Origin: Ginglymostoma cirratum
Taxonomy: Eukaryota
DNA: 64,000 nt
Direction: 5' to 3'
NCBI GenBank assembly: GCA_024137785.1
Contig: JAHRHZ010000139.1
Span: 36,479,069 to 36,543,068 of the forward strand
The notes below the pieces were generated by a model. The model did no database searches. It was not told the origin of the DNA and saw only the letters and a list, made by a program, of their open reading frames with translations. Below are positions 50,547-62,219 of this stretch, in pieces. The number at the start of each line of letters is the position of its first letter. The first letter of the stretch is position 1. Position numbers and translations under genes: made by a program.

Positions 50547-50619
50547 AAACAGCAGGCCAGGCAGCATCAGAGGAGCAGGAAAGCTGACGTTTTGGGTCAG
50601 GACCCTTCTTCAGAAATGG
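50547..50619 (-). mobile_element. Arm of the young Penelope-type element running into the gap; hammerhead GAAA mutated to AAAA
   Basis: CAGCAGGCCAGGCAGCATCAGAGGAGCAGGAAAGCTGACG..., same family as 128-199. Confidence 0.75.
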
Positions 50620-51019
50620 NNNNNNNNNNNNNNNNNNNNNNNNNNNNNNNNNNNNNNNNNNNNNNNNNNNNNNNNNNNNNNNNNNNNNNNNNNNNNNNNN
50701 NNNNNNNNNNNNNNNNNNNNNNNNNNNNNNNNNNNNNNNNNNNNNNNNNNNNNNNNNNNNNNNNNNNNNNNNNNNNNNNNNNNNNNNNNNNNNNNNNNNN
50801 NNNNNNNNNNNNNNNNNNNNNNNNNNNNNNNNNNNNNNNNNNNNNNNNNNNNNNNNNNNNNNNNNNNNNNNNNNNNNNNNNNNNNNNNNNNNNNNNNNNN
50901 NNNNNNNNNNNNNNNNNNNNNNNNNNNNNNNNNNNNNNNNNNNNNNNNNNNNNNNNNNNNNNNNNNNNNNNNNNNNNNNNNNNNNNNNNNNNNNNNNNNN
51001 NNNNNNNNNNNNNNNNNNN
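50620..51019. other. Assembly gap (400 N)
   Basis: Run of N. Confidence 1.
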
Positions 51020-51862
51020 GGAACCCTCAAAGTATCCACTTAAATTGGAAAATTTGCAGGGTTCCAAATAAATTAAGTAACCTATTTACTCAGGAAAAGT
51101 TTCATTATTAAATATAGACTAATTTACGATTAACTACTTAACTGATCCCATACCTACCTCACAACCCCTAATTACACTTTCCCCATTCCCCTCGCACATT
51201 TCAAGACCTGACATTGATACTAAACAAAATAACATAAAATATAAAATAAAACAAGGAACTGCAAATGCTGGAGATCTGAAACAAAAAGCAGCATCTGTGC
51301 GCAGAAAGCTGCGTTAATGTTTCAGTTTTGGTGACTCTTCATCAGAACTCCCTCTACTCCAGCCCCAAACCCCTTTCACTGCCAGGTCAGAACCCAAGCT
51401 GACCCAAAACCCTCACCTCAACCCCCACCACTGCTAGACATGCCCCCGCTGATCCTTGCACTCTGCACACACTCACCATTCTCCTCCCCTCTCCACCTGC
51501 TGGTGCTGATTCCCACCCCGTCAGACTGATGTGAACCTCCTTGGTAGACAAGGTCTCCATCACACCAGGCACATGCGGTCCCTTGCCATCACTGCTGGAC
51601 CCAGTCTGAAACCCTGCTTCAGACTAGAACACCCCTGCAGGCCTGACATCCAAACCCCTCGCGGGATCTAACTTCTCCAATGCATCTACAGTGCAAGGTG
51701 TAGAATGCCAGATGAGTAGGGGTAGGGACCTATGGTAGTACAGTGAGGCCACTTCAAGAAGCACTTCATTGGCTGTAAAGAATTTTGACAGGTCTTTAGT
51801 TGTGTGGGGCCTCATAACTACAACTCTAGGAGAAGAGCTCCAAAGACTAGTTAGTCGGATGT

Positions 51863-52063
51863 AGATAACAGTGTGGAACTGAAGGAAAGCAGCAGGCCAG
51901 ACAGCATCAGAGGAGCCGGAAAGTTGACCTTTCAGGTCTGAAGATGGGTCCCGGACCCAAAACGTCAGCTTTCCTGCTCCTCTGATGCTGCCTGGCCTGC
52001 TGTGTTCCTCCAGCTCCACACTGTGTTATCTCTGACTCCAGCATCAGCAGTTCTCACTATCTC
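51863..52063. mobile_element. Fully sequenced short palindromic Penelope-type element
   Basis: Inverted arms around a central CTGAAGA-TGGGTCCCGGACCCA-AAACGTC (GAAA mutated), plus a 3' extension on the right arm. Confidence 0.75.
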
Positions 52064-52356
52064 CATATGTTTGAAATTTTTTAACACTCTAGTACAAAAA
52101 AAGTCACTACAGAAACAAACCTTCACAGATCAGTTGCTTTTATTTATCAATAAAGAATTAATTGCATGTTTTTACTGAAGTTTTATGATCTGCTTATTTC
52201 TGTTATATCTTTTGTCTGTACCTTGTTTTTGCTTTAAAGTTTCATAAAGGAAACATTAAGCATTGAAAATTCTGATATTTTAAATTTCAGAAGAATAACT
52301 GTTAAATGCTTTACTTGTTGACAGCTTCTTTTTGGCTTCTGGCATGTAAATTATTG

Positions 52357-52394
52357 TGGTCTGGTCTGGTCTGATGTGATGGGTCTGGTCTGGT
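52357..52394 (+). repeat. Imperfect (GGTCT)n microsatellite
   Basis: TGGTCTGGTCTGGTCTGATGTGATGGGTCTGGTCTGGT. Confidence 0.7.
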
Positions 52395-52396
52395 AA

Positions 52397-53745
52397 TAGA
52401 GTCCTACAGCACAGAGACAGGCACTTTGGCTCAAACTGGTCTGTGCTGACCAAAATGTCCATCCTCGCTAGCCCCATTTCCCTGCATTTGGCCCATATGC
52501 TTCTAAACCTTGCCTGTCCATGTATTAATCCAAATGCCTTTTTAAATGTTGTTAATGTATCCGCCTCAACCACTTCCACTGGCGGCAGCACATTCCATTT
52601 GCGTACCACCCTCTGTGTTTAAAAAAAAATAAATGTTGGTCTTCAGATTCCCATGTATTCTTTCCCCTCGTATCTTAAACTTTAGACCCTTTAGTCCTTG
52701 ATTCCCCAACCCTGGGAAAAAGACTGTGTGTATTCACTCTGTCCATGCCTCATGATCTTGTACACTTCAACAAGATCCCCCCTCAGTCTCCATAATCAAT
52801 GCCTTGACTGATGAAGGCCAGCATGCCAAAAGCTGCCTTCACTGCCCTTTCTACCCGTGACTCCACTTTCAGTGAACCATGCACCTGAACTCCAAGGTCC
52901 CTCTGTTCCACTATGCTCCTTAAGGCCCTGCCATTCACCATGAAACTTCTTGATTTGACTTTCCGAAATGCAACCCCTAACACTTACCTATATTAAAATG
53001 CATTTGCCATTTCTCGGCCTCCTTCCCCAGCTAATCAGTATCCTGCTGCGATTTCTGATAACTATCCTCTTTATCCACAATACCACCTATTTTAGTGTCA
53101 TCCTCAAACTTACTAATCATGTCTTGTACGTTCTTATCTAAATCATTGATATAGGTAACAAACAGCAATGGGCCCAGCACCAACCCCTGAAGCACACCAC
53201 TAGTCACAGGCCTCCGGTTCAACAAGCATCCTTCTACTATTACTCCCTGCTTCCTACCATCAAGCCAATTGTGTATCCAATTTTCCAGCTCTCCATGGAT
53301 TCCATGCAATCTAATCTTCCAGAGCCAGCCTACCATCTGGCCTTACTGAGATCCATGTAGACTACATCTACCACCCTGCCCTTGCCAGCCTTCCTGGTCA
53401 CTTCATCAAAGAACTCTTAACAAATTTGGGAGGCATGATCATCCATGCTGACTACTCCTAATCAAACCCTGTCTTTCCAAACGCATGTATATCTTGTCCC
53501 TCAGAATCTTCTCAAGTATTTTACCTGCCACAGATGTTAAGCTTACTGGTCTAAGTTCCCAGGTTTTTCTTTGCAGCCCCCCTTGAATGATGGCGCAACA
53601 TTGGCTACCCTCTAGTCTTCCGGGACATCACCTGTGGTTAACGATGATGCAAATATATCCGCCAGGGCCCCTTGCAATTTCTGCTCCAGCCTTTTGTAGA
53701 GTTCTTGGATGTATCTTGTCAGGGCCAGGAGATTTATCCACCTTC
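52397..53745 (-). mobile_element. CR1-type LINE, 1.35-kb 3' part with RT domain
   Basis: ORF-track peptides WIHNWLDGRKQGVIVEG, GVLQGLVLGPLLFVTYINDLD, FEDDTKIGG, EQRDLGVQVHGSLKV. Confidence 0.92.
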
Positions 53746-54179
53746 ATACATACTTATACTTCCAGTAGTCTGGTCTGAGATGTCATATTTTTAGTGTTCT
53801 TACTGTTAAGTGTGTCTTGTTACAAGTCACTGTCCAATATTAAGACAAAAAAAAGTTTATGTCGCACAAATTATCTTTCCACTTGAACATAAATTCCTTG
53901 ACTGCGAATATCCTTTGTCTGTTCATGCTGGCAAAATTCTATTTTTATTTGAGTTTGAATTACTTTAGCAATGAGGAAAAACAAATACAGGATAGGTATT
54001 GTACCTCCTTTTATACAATGTGCACATCACCAAATAGATGCTCATATTTAACTTTCAAATAGTTCTTGTCTAAAGTATATTTATGACAGTGTTTTAGAGC
54101 AGAAAATGTGACCTTACTATGATACTATATTGCATTCAAACGTAATGCAGAATTCTAAATTCTGAAACTAGGGTCTCAA

Positions 54180-56190
54180 ATCAGAAAGGAAGAAATCATA
54201 AAGGTATGAAGGGCAAGTTGGCTAAAGTAGATTGGGAAAATATGCTAAAAGATTTGATGCAGATGGCTAGTATTTAAATACTACATGGAAACAATATACA
54301 TTACTTATAGGCACAAGCACTCAAAGGAAAAGAAAATAAAGTATAGTTAATGAAACAAGTTGCAAGATTGCAATAGATCAAATTAAGTGATTATAAGGAT
54401 TCCAGCAATGTAAGCCTGAGGATTACGGGCAAGTTAGGATCCAGCAAAATAGGATCAAAAAATTGAGTAAAAAAGGAAGTATGAATGCAAATTATCAAGA
54501 ACCACAAGGTAAACTCCCAAAAGCTTCTCTCGATCTATGAAAAGAAGAAGACTTGCTACGACAAATGTGGGCCCAATACAGGTGCAGACAGACTATTTTG
54601 TCTTAGCGAACAGGGAGCTGGCGAAGAAACCAAGCAGTTACTTTGCACCTGCCTTAGCAGAAGATAAAATGCCCATGAGCATGTGGTGACCAAAGGGCTT
54701 GTTAAACTGAGGAACTAAAAGAATTAACATTAAATAGTTGTTGCTTGAAAAGTCAACTGGGTTGAAGGTTGACACATCTCCCAGCCCAGACATGTTTTAC
54801 CCCATAGTGCCGAAGGACGTGGCCTGAGACACGGTAGATACTTTGGTGTTAATCTTTCAAACTTCAGTTCGTTCTAGAAAAGTTCCTGTGGACTGAAATG
54901 TAGCAAATGTAGCCCCATTAACTAAGAAAGTTGACACTAGGTATGATGTTGGAATCTATTATAAAGGGTATGCTGACTAGACATTTGCAAAGGAATAGTA
55001 AAATTGGACAAAGTTGATGTGGATTTATGAAAGGAATCATGTCTGACGAATCTTGGAGTTTTTGTTTGGAGGTTATCACTTGTCTAAATAAAAGAACCAG
55101 TAGGTGTGTTGTATTTGGATTTTTAGGGGGCCTTTGGTACAATCTCTCGGGAGGTTAGTAAATAAAACTATTTGCATGGGACTGGAGATAATATACTGAT
55201 GAATTGAGAATTAGTAAACAGTAGGATCAAATTGATAATTCTCTCAATGTCAGGCTGTTACCAATGTGATGCCACAAGAATCTGTTGCAGATCCACAGTT
55301 CTTCGTAATCTATGTAACTGATTTGGATGTGGGAGCCATGTAATATGGCCAAATTTTCTAATGATCCGAAATTGGTGGGAACCCAAGTCGTGAGGAGGAT
55401 GCAGGGAGGCTTTGAAAACTTGGGCAGGCTAAGTGAATGGGCTGGAACATGGTTGGTAACTTCACATATATTTTTTCTGCAAAGATAAATAATACAATAG
55501 AGTACTACTTAAATGGTGACAGGTTAGGAAATTGGGTGTCCAAAGGGACCAGGGTGTCTTTGTTCAGGAGTCACAAAGTTAGCGGCAAGCAACTAACAAG
55601 ACAAATTGTATGTTAGCCTTCATTGCAAAGGAACTTAAATACAGCTGTAAAAATGTCTTGAGGTTATATAGACCTTTGAGACCTCACCTGGAGTATTTTG
55701 TACAGTTTTGCTTCCCTTATCTATAGAAAAATATACTTTGCTTCTGTGGGTAAGTAACAGAGGTTTGCCAGATTAATCCTGGGATGGTGTGGTTTTCTTA
55801 ATAGGAGAGTTTGAGGAGACTGTCTACATTCTCTATTGTTCAGAAGTTTGTGACCTTGTTGAAACTTACCAAGTTCTTACAGGCATAATAGGGTGGATGT
55901 AAAGAAGATGCTTCTGCTGGCTGATGAATCTAAAACAAAGGGAAATGTTCTCAGGATGAGGGGTAGACCATAAAAGATTCAGATGAGAAACTTCTTCACT
56001 CTGAGGATGGTGAATCTTTGGAATTCTGTTCCCATTGGGCTGCAAAGTTCACTCTTTGAGGGATAGAAGTTTCTGGAGACTAATGGCATCAAGGATTATG
56101 AAGATGTGCAGAAAAGCAGAGTTCAGGTTTATGATCTGTCATAATCTAATTGAATGTTGGGCAGGTTTGATGGGCTTAATGGCCTACTTT
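54180..56190 (+). mobile_element. Degenerate CR1-type LINE (~2 kb)
   Basis: RT remnants (SPSPD..YP.V.K, GFMKG.SCLTNL, VVFGFLGAF, RPHLEYFVQF) and CR1 tail. Confidence 0.8.
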
Positions 56191-56649
56191 ACTAAACCGT
56201 TTAATTTTTGTCTCCCTTGTCTTATTCAGTTGACCCACAATTTGAGATTCTGCAGCAACTCAACTTGAGCTTCAATGATATGCTCTCAACACCACCTTTT
56301 AAAATGTGGAATATTAAAATTTTTATCCTTATACCCTTTGCAACTTAGACTATGTATTTCAATTTGTATTCAGTTTCTGTGGTGTAAATGCTATTTGTCC
56401 ATATGATCCACTCAAGTCTCCAGCCACTTTACATCTAACACCATTGACATATCCTTCTAGGCTATTCTCCCTTGTGTTTATGAAACTTCCTGTAAAATGC
56501 ATCGCTGCTAGTTGTATCACTACTGCTTGTGTTATCCTTTGAAAGAAATTGAGTGATAATTTGTGAACAGTATTTTCGTAAAGTTATGATTCAGTAAAAG
56601 TTACCTTTTTTGAATGAATAGCAAAAACATTTTTTGCTAGCTTCAAGCT

Positions 56650-57510
56650 TATAAATGTTCATGGGATATGTGCATTATTGGAAAATGCTCGCTTATTAGC
56701 CATCACTAATTGCCCGTAAAGATCTTGGTGAACTGTTGCTTTGAAATGCTACAGTACTTGCAGTGAAGGTACTACCACAATGTTGTTGGCAGTCATCTCC
56801 AGGATTTTTGACTCGGCAACAATGAAAGAAATGATACATATCCAAATCCGGATAGTGTGTGGCTCGGAGCTGGTGGTTTTCCTATATAACCACTGCCCAT
56901 GTTTTAGCTTTAGCTAGTAGAAGTTAAGTTTGAAAGTGCAATTTAAAATGTCTTGGTAAATTTCTGCAGTGCATTTTGTACATGGTATGTACTGCTGCCA
57001 TATTGCTCTATTGCTAGAGGGTGTTAATATGCAAGGTCACAACTGGGGTGCCAAGAAAGCAAGCTGGATGATGTTGAGTTTTTTTCATGTTTTTTAGAAC
57101 TGTCGTCATCATCTGGCATCGCCATTTCTGATCTTGTGGAGGAAAGATCTGTGATAAAACGACTAAAGTTAGTGGAGGCCGACAACATTTCCTGGAGTAT
57201 TTTTCCAGTAATATCTAGGGTTGAATGATTAGCCTGTCATGATGCATCTTTCTTTGCATTTGTCAATTGGAAGTTATCCCTAATTCCCATTGCATTCCAT
57301 TTTACTGAGGCTTCTTGGCGCCACATTTGGTCGCATGTTCTTTATCAAAGGCAGTTACTGCAGCATTCCAACACTGAGTGCTGTTTGAAAGTGCTTCAAT
57401 AGTATCTGTGGTCATGAAAAGCACTTTCAATGTAAGTCTTTCTTTCATCCCCAGACGGACTGTGCATCTCACTACTGATACTGTTATGGATAGATGCATC
57501 TGGAGGAGGA
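56650..57510 (-). mobile_element. Degenerate LINE of the same family as 28480-29780
   Basis: Reverse complement of the same tail and RT phrases. Confidence 0.55.
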
Positions 57511-57714
57511 ATTTAGAGGTTAAGTAGACTTCACCCCTGCCAAGTTGAGTTATTTGGTTGCAGTCCCAATGTGACCATTATGTTCAAGCCTCAATCAATT
57601 GTGCTACCAAGCTTTTACTTGTATGAGTAGCACCCTGGCTACCCACAACCACCCCCAACATAACCTGCCTCAATCCAGAGTACGTTCTGTGCCTTTCCTA
57701 TCCTCAGTTCTTGT

Positions 57715-58078
57715 GGGGGAGGTGATGGCCTGGTGCTATTATCGCTGGACTGTTAATCCCGAGACCCAGATAACATTCTGGGGACCCGGGCTCGAATTCC
57801 ACCATGGCAGATGGTGGAATTTGAATTCAATAAAGTATCTGAAATTAAGAATCTAACGATGACTATGAATCCATTGTTGATTGTCAGAAAATCCTGTCTG
57901 GTTCACTAATGTCCTTGAGGGAAGGAAACTGCCATCCTTACCTGGTCTGGCCTACAAGTAACTCCAGACCCACAGCAATGTGGTTGACTCTGAACTGCCC
58001 TCTGGGCATTTAGAGATGGGCAATAAATGCTGCCTAGCCAGTGATGTCCACATCCTGTGAATGAATAATAAAAAAAAA
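57715..58078 (+). mobile_element. Near full-length tRNA-derived SINE with A-rich tail
   Basis: A box TGGCCTGGTG, B box GGGCTCGAATTCC, central core, LINE-derived 3' end, ATGAATAATAAAAAAAA. Confidence 0.85.
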
Positions 58079-59879
58079 CTACTTCCAAATAGTATTCAAA
58101 ATTAAGTATTGACTCAACAACTAAGAAAGGGCACCAGGTGGTAATTAGCATGAAATATTCTTGCCCTTGTTTGACCTGATGCTGTGAGACTTCATGCAGT
58201 CTGGAAATACTCTGTGGGTCACAGTAGACCAGTGCTGAAACAACTACTTCTGTCTTCTCAGAGAAGAGCACACACACAGGTGTGAGTTCCATCATTGTTG
58301 TCTTCTGCTTACATTGATGTTGCACTTTGTGTGTTTTTATTACTTGTTTGTCATTTCTTGCCTTATTTTTGCCTTCATTCTCCCTTTAAATGTAGGCACG
58401 TGACAGGACAGTCCAATTTTTTTGATAGACTTTTACACAGACCTTTTAATGCAGTATTATAGGTATCTTTTAGTTTTAAATATGGTATTGATGAATTACA
58501 ACTAAAAATGTTTTTTAAATATGTAAAAACTTTTTTCTTTTACTATGTAAAGAACCATCCAGAGTGTCACAGCTACGAACACCACCTGTTCACCCACCTT
58601 GCCTCTCAGTTTTGTGAAAAAGTTGACAAAGTCCTGAGGCTAATTTCAGGAAAAATTTGAAATTTTCCCCTCTGGTCCCCTAAATCAATCAACTAAGCTA
58701 CACTCATGAATTTCACTTGATCCAGTCCACAATGTTTTTTTCTAAAACTTGCAATGTCCTTTACTACCAGAACCTGATTTGGAAATTTGATTCGGGGGAC
58801 CTTTAAAGGAAAATAAGCCAACATATTTAGCCGAGTCTAATGACTGAATGAATAGTTTTTAGTCATCTTACGTTAAACCTTCTCCAGAGACACACTATCT
58901 CCTCCCAGGTGAGCAAACCAGAACCATCCCCTGTCTTAATAGTGCAATATAAAATTCTGTTTTCCTTTTGCTCTTATTTCATTGCTTCGACAATTTATGA
59001 AGCATTTCTCTAGGTCTCCCTATTCTATTCTGTGAAATTTATTGTGGGTAATGCTGCATATCATCCATATACCTGGAATTTTCCACACCCAGTTACATGC
59101 CCTGTACTTATCCATGTTGAATGATATCTATTACACATGGGCTAATTTCTAGAATTTGTCTAAGCTTATCTTTAGCCTGTTGTTTGATCTAAATTCCTGA
59201 CTCTTATGTAGTTATATATCACCTACAAACCTTGTAAATGCCTCATTTGAATCATTTAGGAAGATGACGGAACCGCTGTAGTCACAATTCCATTCTTTTA
59301 TGGGGCTTCTCGAGTTTTAAGTGGATCTACTACCTTGAAACCTTGCCTGCAAGGCTGCTATATATCTTTTAGGACAAAAGATCTAACTGCCAAACATGTG
59401 ATATAAATTCTCTTGATAATGATCTGAGGGCCATCTTCTTGAAAGTTCTCTGGAAATTGAAGTATACAATCTCTACAAAGCTTCCATAATCCACGAATTT
59501 TTGTGATGTACTCAAGGCTTCAATCAGAAATGTCAATATGGTCTATATTTCCTAAAGCCAACTGCTTGGATTCTCTAATGACATCAAGTTTTAATTTATT
59601 ATTTAGACATAACTATTTAAGGGGCAAGTCATATCTTGAGTGCAAGTTATTAAACATTTTCAGGATTATTTTCTAGAATTCCAAGATTTTAACAAACAAA
59701 CATGGATTAATTATTACAAAGAATGTAGTTGTGCCTGTTTTGATGGCATAAAATGAATTTAACACTTAGTTATTTTGACACTTTTACATAAATCTTCATA
59801 AAAGAATAGGTTGTTTAACATCTATAAACACGGTTATTAAAAGCCTTTCTTTAATTTAAAAAAAATTGATTTTGTTTAG

Positions 59880-59996
59880 GCCTCGACCTCTTCCTCCTCC
59901 TCTTCCTCCACCTCCACCTTCACTTCTCTATGGTGAACACAGACCACTTTCCCGGTTCGATGACTTTGCTCCAGAGGATTACGATGGACGTTCCAG
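59880..59996 (+). CDS. DUSP11: DUSP11-like coding exon 10 (PRPLPPPLPPPPPSLLYGEHRPLSRFDDFAPEDYDGRSR)
   Basis: tttgtttag| acceptor, AG|gtagtt donor; 117 nt, phase 2-2; CpG-containing open frame with polyproline. Confidence 0.8.
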
Positions 59997-60222
59997 GTAG
60001 TTGATTAAACTTTGACGTGTAAATGAATCTAGCCAAATATTGTTTAAAATGGTTGAAAGTGAGGTCAGGATTTCAATCATCTTGTCAGAGTGTTGTCATT
60101 AAGTCAGAAAGAAAGTCAAAGACATCCCTCTTCTGAGCTGCCCACGACTAACTTGTATTGACATCAGAGGCCTGCGTCTGGGTCATCCTTCCTCCCAGTC
60201 TACTGCCATCAATTAATTCGTC

Positions 60223-60401
60223 AAAAGTCATACAACACCAGGTTATAGTCTGACAGGTTTATTAAAAGTGATATGCTTTTGGAGGAGCAGCACTCTGACC
60301 ACTTGTGATTTTAAATGAACCTGTTGGACTATAACTTAGTGTTGTGTGACTTTTGACTTTGTCCACCCCAGTCCAACACTGGCATCTCCACATCATGGCT
60401 A
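60223..60401. mobile_element. Internally deleted palindromic element of the 11247-11931 family
   Basis: AAGTCATACAACACCAGGTTATAGTC / GACTATAACTTAGTGTTGTGTGACTT inverted pair; TSD-like CAATTAATT(C/T)G(T/A)C at 60210 and 60402. Confidence 0.7.
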
Positions 60402-60583
60402 CAATTAATTTGACTTGGAATTGGGAAATAGTGGGGCATGTATTTTGCTAAAAGTTAGAAAGTATTCCTATTTATGGGTAGAGCCTAATGTTAGAACCCC
60501 ATTAATCAAAATGGATATGAGATGCAGGAAAAGCCCCAACGATCTTGTTTGCTTTTCACTGATAATTTTGTCTTTTAATCCAG

Positions 60584-60890
60584 GTTCAACCATTTCAGTG
60601 AACATCGAGCAATACGTAGTTCGGAAGAAAATTCCCGCCTGCATAGTAGATATGCACCCTATTCTACAAGACTACCAGCACCTCAAGATCGCTTCAGGGA
60701 TGAGTTTGAAAGGAAACCTTATTCCTTTTCAAGCAGAAGAGAATTAGAACCACAGAGCTCTGCCCCATATACTATTTTTACCCGTGATTACAATCATGGC
60801 CAGCCACCAGAGCGCGGTCCCAGTCTGAGTAAACTCGGGGGTGGTTGTTATGATAATTTTGATGGTTTTCGTGAATATGATTGGAACTAA
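60584..60890 (+). CDS. DUSP11: DUSP11-like terminal coding exon 11 (FNHFSEHRAIRSSEENSRLHSRYAPY...GFREYDWN*)
   Basis: tcttttaatccag| acceptor; 102 codons open to TAA at 60888-60890; followed by a U-rich 3'UTR. Confidence 0.8.
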
Positions 60891-61193
60891 ATTACTAACT
60901 CTAATGTGTATTTTTTTTTTTATTTTGGGGATGATAAGCGCTTGTATTTTTCATAGAAGTTTCCTTTTCCAAAATTGAATATTGAAGGACCACAACCCTT
61001 CCCTCACTTCTTGCCTTTTAATATTTCTGTTGACTTAGAATGGTGCAGTTGTAAAGAAAACTGTTAGTTATTACGCCATAAACATTTGTTTAATTTTTTT
61101 ATATAAATCACTATGAATATATGCTTTTTGTCTTGGTTCCTGGTTTTTTGAAAGTGAATTTCTGAGCACAACAGATTGTAGATAACTTTTTTA

Positions 61194-61199
61194 AATAAA
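61194..61199 (+). terminator. Candidate polyadenylation signal AATAAA (alternative at 61464-61469)
   Basis: AATAAA about 300 nt after the stop codon within a U-rich 3'UTR-like region. Confidence 0.45.
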
Positions 61200-61844
61200 A
61201 TTAGAGACCTTTAAGTGTAACGAAAATTGTGAATTGCACACATCGCCTCATATTGAATTTATCACCACAATGGTTTGATTTTTATTTATGGTCTCCATAT
61301 GTTCAGAAAGGGAAAATACGTTATGGAAGTACAAACGTATTTCTTTATACAAAAAAGCTAAGTTCCACAATGCACCATACCAACTAAAACATGCAATTCA
61401 ATGAGATAGTCCTGTTTGTACCTGCTGAGCTCATAGCAGCATATTGAGTCACGTAGTACTAAAAATAAATGTTCCTTTACTTTAAACTCATGTTGAGGTG
61501 GTTCCTTTCCAATGGGTATTACTACTCCTTGTTTAAAAAGGATATTTTTTAAATATTTCAGTTTGTAGTTGTTTTGCAGTTTATCATATGGAATTATATG
61601 TGGCAGATAACCTGACATGGAGTTCTGATGAAGGGTATCTTCCTAGTAATCTGGAGAGTTCTTGATCCTTTTCACACATATAGTTAGTTCATATGTTTGT
61701 GTAATTTTAGTGTTGGTGTTTAAGAAACAAATTGAGGGAAAGAGTCAAGACAAAACAAAGATATCAAAAAGACTAACATCAGTGAGACAAAAAGTAAGCA
61801 TGTTGAGAAAACTTTATTCATATGCCTTTGGCCATCAATCGGCA

Positions 61845-62070
61845 ATCTGAACAGCATCCCACCCAGACACAGACCCCTACCCCTGCAATTACCAAGGCTA
61901 ATCCACCTAGGCTGCACATCCTTGGACTGTGGGAGGAAACCAGAACAGCCAGTGGAAACCCACAGAGATACAGAGAATGTGCAGAGTCCACTGTCACCCA
62001 AAGCTGGAATCAAACCCAAATCCTTGGCACTGTATGATAGCAGTGCTTAACTGTGAGCTATCTTGCTGCC
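61845..62070 (-). mobile_element. HE1/V-SINE-type SINE
   Basis: Reverse-strand B box (GGAATCAAACCC on +) and V-core GACTGTGGGAGGAAACC. Confidence 0.8.
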
Positions 62071-62219
62071 CTTCTAAGCTTACCTATATCATGCACATCT
62101 GGCTAGCCTCTCAAACCTCAGCAAACTTAGAGCAGGGATTGAGGCAGCAAGTTTTGATTACTTTAAGTTCCAGTCATTTATCACCATTATGCTTACTGAT
62201 GTACATTAGTACCCAATAA

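Larger units (their letters stand above)
1683..60890 (+). other. DUSP11: Gene span (ATG to stop) of DUSP11-like RNA 5'-phosphatase (PIR1 family), 11 coding exons, 395 aa
   Basis: Exons 1683-1711, 28050-28125, 30368-30499, 30598-30721, 39543-39603, 45049-45095, 45181-45256, 49385-49513, 50185-50274, 59880-59996, 60584-60890 all have GT-AG boundaries and compatible phases, summing to 1188 nt with no internal stop. Translation contains DUSP11 hallmarks RFVAFKVPLK, LGLIIDLTYTTRYY, TVGHEVPDD, GVHC..G.NRTGYLICRYLIDV. Probably a paralog rather than the 1:1 ortholog of mammalian DUSP11 (inference). Confidence 0.9.

Noticed and set aside
50383-51071. Three long ORFs (156-218 aa) in the ORF track
   Set aside because: They are artefacts of translating through the N gap.
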